Shown: in pieces, positions 38,901-42,630 of the stretch
How the letters are laid out: each line of letters begins with the position of its first letter
Position numbering within the stretch: the stretch's first letter is position 1
The notes under the pieces: model-generated
What the model was told of the DNA's origin: nothing
The model's database searches: none
What the model saw: only the letters and a program-made list of their open reading frames with translations
Assembly (NCBI GenBank): GCA_020628015.1
Contig: JAHDFT010000003.1
Location: 1-42,630, forward strand
Direction of reading: 5' to 3'
From: Bacteroidota bacterium
Lineage (GTDB): Bacteria; Bacteroidota; Bacteroidia; Chitinophagales; UBA2359
Length of the DNA stretch: 42,630 bases
Translations under genes and position numbers: made by a program

Positions 38901-39275
38901 GCCTTCCTCATTCATTTGGAAATCATCTGAAGTAATCTCAAACTGTTTTTTGAGCTTTCTTACTCGAATTGGCTCAAAATAGTCTGTTTCAAAGATTTCT
39001 TCTTCATCTCTTACCTTGTACCAACCTTTTCCAGCAAACACTTGCACACAGGTATGCGGCTTGATGCGAAACCACTTCATTTGTGGCATCAATTGCACGA
39101 TCTCCAAATCAATATGTTTCCAGTGGGCAGCTACTTTTTTGCTTCGCAAGGATTCAATCGCTGCTTCTAGGTAATATTGAAAGGGATGTAAAGCATCTTT
39201 GACATACTCCTGCAATTGAAGTGCTTGATCGGCATCTCCTTCTGGGATTAGTTGTTTATAATAAAGCAGTGACAT
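35919..39275 (-). CDS. Superfamily-1 (Upf1/Dna2/COG1112-like) helicase with a ~440-aa unknown N-terminal region
   Basis: Walker A LEGAPGSGKTT, Walker B DYLIVDESNDI, motif III LAGDTMQL, motif V/VI VGTVETFQGQEADVVFL and LNLALSRAKYQLVIVG. Confidence 0.85.
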   Translation of the reverse strand: MSLLYYKQLIPEGDADQALQLQEYVKDALHPFQYYLEAAIESLRSKKVAAHWKHIDLEIVQLMPQMKWFRIKPHTCVQVFAGKGWYKVRDEEEIFETDYFEPIRVRKLKKQFEITSDDFQMNEEGIFIRLPLTEAFLGRVHWGFEAFELELAWVETGEVNTVTTYGEQLDFEFKDKQLFLDAFIQPSTQLLINGEDTGFRIIEQIDLYQYPDLQIVNFDLTEAVVCSHTIPKLPEHLATIEELAMDIRLENILNFDYEEVIDPNSLTFAIYKDSYREDALFHTVNGMELRLHKVEDHEQEAKDQFWIELDLVNESYKSDDDFAYFFDETIDSVMDEYGKVYNIVLRNEAERRIVLAEKSFMFLDEVVAPKYILPATELIFIHADSRPPEHQLEVMARLLAQPHAHLYPLMKIFEPIQEVQWEAFEEADIQTGKWLLLKNGKRKGCKAQRDFVKRALATPDFAFLEGAPGSGKTTVLLELIWQILQKAKASKQYPRILLCSATPQGADHLLRQIIQHPDFQKETFPLRVGELDRVDNDLRVFHWEAYTDEETSRPEQLILEAANLVVAPVKEMWEHPMMRQWLTTDTHQPLSPYFDYLIVDESNDITFQDFLLPAVFAKKWILAGDTMQLTPYTNRHSVERLIGNLRFSKMKGIPDALQKACFYLETLLKYSNTSIAGQEGVKQDFHNRFILPLPAEVLDAMVKEIGVRMEESDDDYNEFELVGKKWITISREKLKAKGWMQIFSPEALQENRLAAHIADFILLDESLTHEVLDLLPEYFIFLGKNWQYYKHGFRHLAFMRQASPDFATGIVSTDGTIINESLKIAQYIETILHRENWSRILSQAIIRQFELQFTSRADRNQRARQLKRRLHRLFPQSLNIAGKVIHISRMALPSLLESIHNGVIGRLRSKYTSTLTKGFADEILEGLRHSRLEVQHRMHPDITQLVSKVFYENTLKDVPALSNERDWDFDRHASRVTWLNTTEQEIPVLKEELQHFCDWANQQEGNYKVACLCFQPNQKRKLCLMVQDLCEDKTTKLLYQKGNVDIHVGTVETFQGQEADVVFLCLGNPQTAFPDSPNRLNLALSRAKYQLVIVGKQDTFGTQTISEEWRELVEYLQH

Positions 39276-39323
39276 TCTTTTTCAATCAAGGATGATAACA
39301 ATAGTATTTAGTCGAAAATAAAA

Positions 39324-40973
39324 TTACTTATTTCCACCTCTCATAAATGGGTTCATATAGCCTTGCTTAGACTTATTCCCTCGTTTTTCTCCGCCTTCTA
39401 CTTCTACATTATCTGGTTTACCAGCAGAGGCTTTTACTGCACGTCCATCAGCCCAACGACGCATAGTGACGATTTTTTCGGCCATGGTACGTGAGATCGG
39501 GAAGGTTCGTCTGATGGCATCTTGGATGTCTTCATTCGTTACTTCTCTATCTTGGTCGAATGCGGTAAATAATGCTTCTTTTACTGCCTCTTCCAATTCC
39601 GCACCAGAATAGCCTTTACTCATTTCTGCTAGTTTGTAGCAATCGTAATCTTCTGGATTTCTGTTCTTTTTACGAAGATGGATATTGACGATTTCTAATC
39701 GTTCATCTAAGTTTGGAAGGTCAACAAAGAAGATTTCATCCACACGACCTTTACGAAGTAGTTCAGGAGGCAAACCAGCGATATTGTTGGCGGTTGCTAC
39801 TACGAAAACAGGCTTTTTGCGTTCCTGCATCCAGGTTAGGAAAGTACCTAATACCCTTGAACTCGTACCACCGTCCATTTCTCCACCTCTTGTACCTAAT
39901 CCTTTTTCGATCTCATCCACCCATAATACAGAAGGTGCTAAAGCTTCAGCAACCGATAAGGCTCCTCTAATATTTCTTTCTGATTCCCCTACGATTCCTG
40001 CAAAGATTTTACCCATATCCATCTTTAATAATGGGAATTTCCATTGAGCAGCGACAGCCTTCGCACACAAACTTTTACCCGTACCTGGTATACCTAATAA
40101 TAGGATTCCTCTAGGCGTATCCAAACCGAACTCGGCAGCTCCTTCGTTAAAGGCTTTTTGTCGTCTTTTGAGCCAGTCTAGCAGATTGGTCAATCCTCCA
40201 ATATCTGAGAAATTGGCGGATGGGGAGTAGTATTCTAGGAAACCACTCTTTTTGATAATGTTTTCTTTCTCTCCAATAATGATAGGAATTTCATCATCGG
40301 TTAATTTATCATTGGTGACATAAGCTCGACTAAAAGCCACTTCAGCCTCCATGATTGTCAAACCTAGTGCTGCATTTAGTAAGCTATCAGATTTATTCGC
40401 CTCTCCATCAAAACCATATGTATAACACACTTTATCATAAATATCACCAATATCTTCTTTGGTAGGTAAAGGCATGACCAGCATTTGCATGTCTTTTTCC
40501 AATTCTGGTGGCATAAATTGGTAAGGCTGTGCTAAGATAAGCGTTTTATTTTCATGACTAGCTAAAGCAATATTCCTCAATTGTCTAATATGAGTATGGG
40601 CTTTATTGGTATCTTCGATTCTAAGATCAACATGAAAATCTTCCATGACCAAAATCATATCACTGCCTGCTTCTTGAAAATAGCGAAGAACTTCTTCCCC
40701 ACTTTGTAATTCATTGGCTTGTCGCCATTGAGAATCTCCAAATGGATCAACTGTTTCAACTTCAAAATCTTGTTCAAAAACTAGTTTGTCTGGATTCCAT
40801 CTTTTTAATCCTTCAATTCTATTCCATGCAAACCATTTTGCGCCTAAGTGATCGGCCGCCATATTGATCAGGGCGTGTACTCGAAGCGTTTCATAACTCA
40901 CCAACTGTATGATCTTTGCATTGGCTTTTATCGTATTGATAAATTTACTTTCAAAATCGTCTTCGTGATGCAT
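39324..40973 (-). CDS. Ycf46-like AAA+ ATPase
   Basis: [17 protein letters not shown], Walker [16 protein letters not shown], Walker [19 protein letters not shown]...[44 protein letters not shown]. This matches the plastid/cyanobacterial Ycf46 pattern, including a degenerate N-terminal domain. Confidence 0.8.
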   Translation of the reverse strand: MHHEDDFESKFINTIKANAKIIQLVSYETLRVHALINMAADHLGAKWFAWNRIEGLKRWNPDKLVFEQDFEVETVDPFGDSQWRQANELQSGEEVLRYFQEAGSDMILVMEDFHVDLRIEDTNKAHTHIRQLRNIALASHENKTLILAQPYQFMPPELEKDMQMLVMPLPTKEDIGDIYDKVCYTYGFDGEANKSDSLLNAALGLTIMEAEVAFSRAYVTNDKLTDDEIPIIIGEKENIIKKSGFLEYYSPSANFSDIGGLTNLLDWLKRRQKAFNEGAAEFGLDTPRGILLLGIPGTGKSLCAKAVAAQWKFPLLKMDMGKIFAGIVGESERNIRGALSVAEALAPSVLWVDEIEKGLGTRGGEMDGGTSSRVLGTFLTWMQERKKPVFVVATANNIAGLPPELLRKGRVDEIFFVDLPNLDERLEIVNIHLRKKNRNPEDYDCYKLAEMSKGYSGAELEEAVKEALFTAFDQDREVTNEDIQDAIRRTFPISRTMAEKIVTMRRWADGRAVKASAGKPDNVEVEGGEKRGNKSKQGYMNPFMRGGNK

Positions 40974-41171
40974 ATCTCTTTTTTAATTGATTGATATTTT
41001 ATTGATTACCTGTAAAAGGAGGTGTTAATAACATGTATAATAATATAATTATATCAGGAGACAAATGATAAACTGTAATTATAAGATATTTCTACTCAAA
41101 TAACAAGGAATGCTTATGAATTGTACTTATTAATGACACTATTGACTAATTTTCATATATGATGTATTATC

Positions 41172-42221
41172 TTAGTCAACCTTTTCAACTTCCTTATTGG
41201 CTAATTGTCCGCAAGCAGCATCAATATCTTTTCCTCTACTTCGACGTACAGTAGCCATAATATCATGATCTAGTAAGTATTGTTGAAAAATTGCTAAACG
41301 ATCTTCTTCTGACTTAATAAAAGACACGCCTGCAACGCTATTGTATTCAATAATATTTACCTTACAAGGCACTATCCTACAAAAACGCACAAGTTCTTTT
41401 GCATCCTGTAAACTGTCATTAAAGTGATTGAAAGCAATGTATTCATAAGTCACCCTTCGTCGGAGCTTTTTATAATAATACCGCAAGGCTTCAGCCAATA
41501 CCTCTAAGGAGTTGGTTTCATTAATGGCCATAATTTCATTGCGTTTTTTATCGTTGGCAGCATGAAGCGATAAGGCGAGATTAAACTTGGTTTCATCATC
41601 TGCTAGTCGCTTAATCATTTTGGCTATACCTGCGGTGGATACGGTAATTCGCTTAGGAGATAGGTTTAAACCGTTGGGTGCTGTTAGTCGGTCTACACTT
41701 TCCAATACACCTTTATAATTGAGTAATGGTTCTCCCATTCCCATGTATACGATATTAGAAAGTGGGCGGTTGAAATTGGCTTGTGCTTGCTGATCAATAT
41801 GTACTACTTGGTCAAAAATTTCGGCACCTGTAAGATTGCGTTTTCGAGCTAAAAAACCTGTTGCACAAAACTTACAAGCCAAGCTACACCCCACTTGCGA
41901 AGAGACACAAGCGGTCATTCGATCATCAGCAGGAATCAACACACCTTCTACTAAATGACCATCATATAATTCAAAACCTGATTTGATGGTACCATCATTA
42001 CTCTGCTGTTTCTTGGCCACTTTTACCGCATTAATGACATATTTTTCTGCTAATTTAGCTCGTAATTGAAGCGATAAATTGGTCATCTCCTCAAAAGAAT
42101 GTGCCGTTTTTTGCCACAACCATTGATAGATTTGCTTCGCCCTAAAAGGCTTTTCCCCCATTTCGGTCAGTTGTTCCTTTAGGGATGCTAAGGTCAAGGA
42201 ACGAATGTCTATTTTTGCCAT
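41172..42221 (-). CDS. rlmN: 23S rRNA/tRNA (adenine-C2)-methyltransferase, radical SAM
   Basis: FRAKQIYQWLW N-terminal motif, radical-SAM cluster CVSSQVGCSLACKFCATG, GMGEPLLN, and C-terminal DIDAACGQL with the catalytic Cys. Start set at ATG 42221 (MAKIDIRSL...). Confidence 0.9.
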   Translation of the reverse strand: MAKIDIRSLTLASLKEQLTEMGEKPFRAKQIYQWLWQKTAHSFEEMTNLSLQLRAKLAEKYVINAVKVAKKQQSNDGTIKSGFELYDGHLVEGVLIPADDRMTACVSSQVGCSLACKFCATGFLARKRNLTGAEIFDQVVHIDQQAQANFNRPLSNIVYMGMGEPLLNYKGVLESVDRLTAPNGLNLSPKRITVSTAGIAKMIKRLADDETKFNLALSLHAANDKKRNEIMAINETNSLEVLAEALRYYYKKLRRRVTYEYIAFNHFNDSLQDAKELVRFCRIVPCKVNIIEYNSVAGVSFIKSEEDRLAIFQQYLLDHDIMATVRRSRGKDIDAACGQLANKEVEKVD

Positions 42222-42380
42222 AATACAATAACAACTCAAAGGCTCATTGGTTAAGATTTTGGCCCTTTTATTAGTGTTTTTTATCTCAATAATGGCCCAC
42301 AAGGCTTTAATTTATATGAAAAGGAGGGACTGTAATCGCTCTTTTGTAGTCATGAAGCCTGTAATAATGTCACGCCATCA

Positions 42381-42630
42381 GTCCACTAAGTATGTCTGCA
42401 CTGTGTAGATGTGTTCAGGGGAAGTCCACTAAGTATGTCTGCACTGTGTAGATATATTCAGGGGAAGTCCACTAAATATATCTGCACTGTGTAGATATAT
42501 TCAGGGGAAGTCCACTAAGTATATCTACACTATGTAGATGTGTTCAGGGGAAGTCCACTAAGTATGTCTGCACTGTGTAGATGTGTTCAGGGGAAGTCCA
42601 CTAAGTATGTCTGCACTATGTAGATGTGTT
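42381..42630. repeat. Tandem array of a 43-bp hairpin-containing repeat (at least 5.8 copies, truncated by the window end)
   Basis: The unit gtccactaagtatgtctgcactgtgtagatgtgttcaggggaa starts at 42381, 42424, 42467, 42510, 42553 and 42596. There are no unique spacers. The 43-bp period is not a multiple of 3, so the array is non-coding. Confidence 0.9.

Noticed and set aside
42381-42630. Possible CRISPR array
   Set aside because: Units are contiguous 43-bp repeats with no unique spacers between them, and no cas genes are in the window. This is a tandem minisatellite-like repeat, not CRISPR.

Overview
AT-rich segment that looks like Bacteroidota: it has a T9SS C-terminal sorting domain and a giant repeat adhesin. 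There are three parts.

(1) 1-24.1 kb holds ordinary envelope and housekeeping genes. These are a 3214-aa T9SS adhesin with 28 tandem ~69-aa Ig-like repeats, an MsbA-like ABC exporter, asnB, a SPOR-like protein, an Nramp-like transporter, an M23/LysM peptidase and RidA. Two inverted paralogs of a small PD-(D/E)xK-like protein also sit here.

(2) 24.2-41.0 kb is a block of genes all on the minus strand that looks like a defence island.
- (a) A retron: a retron-type RT follows an ARM/HEAT-like 945-aa protein and a winged-helix/SWIM protein. A GC-rich structured ncRNA lies upstream that I interpret as msr-msd. It has an a1/a2 inverted repeat abutting a UAGC branch-G motif, plus a perfect 26-bp msd hairpin.
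- (b) Directly upstream is a tightly packed 7-gene cluster that I cannot assign to any named system: a Ycf46-like AAA+ ATPase, a Upf1/Dna2-like SF1 helicase, a 363-aa protein, a 794-aa protein that looks like an inactivated PLD, DUF2997, DUF1257, and an orphan NrdG-like radical-SAM activase.

(3) rlmN follows, then at the window edge an array of 43-bp hairpin-forming tandem repeats.

All function calls come from motifs read by eye in the supplied translations. No database search was possible.
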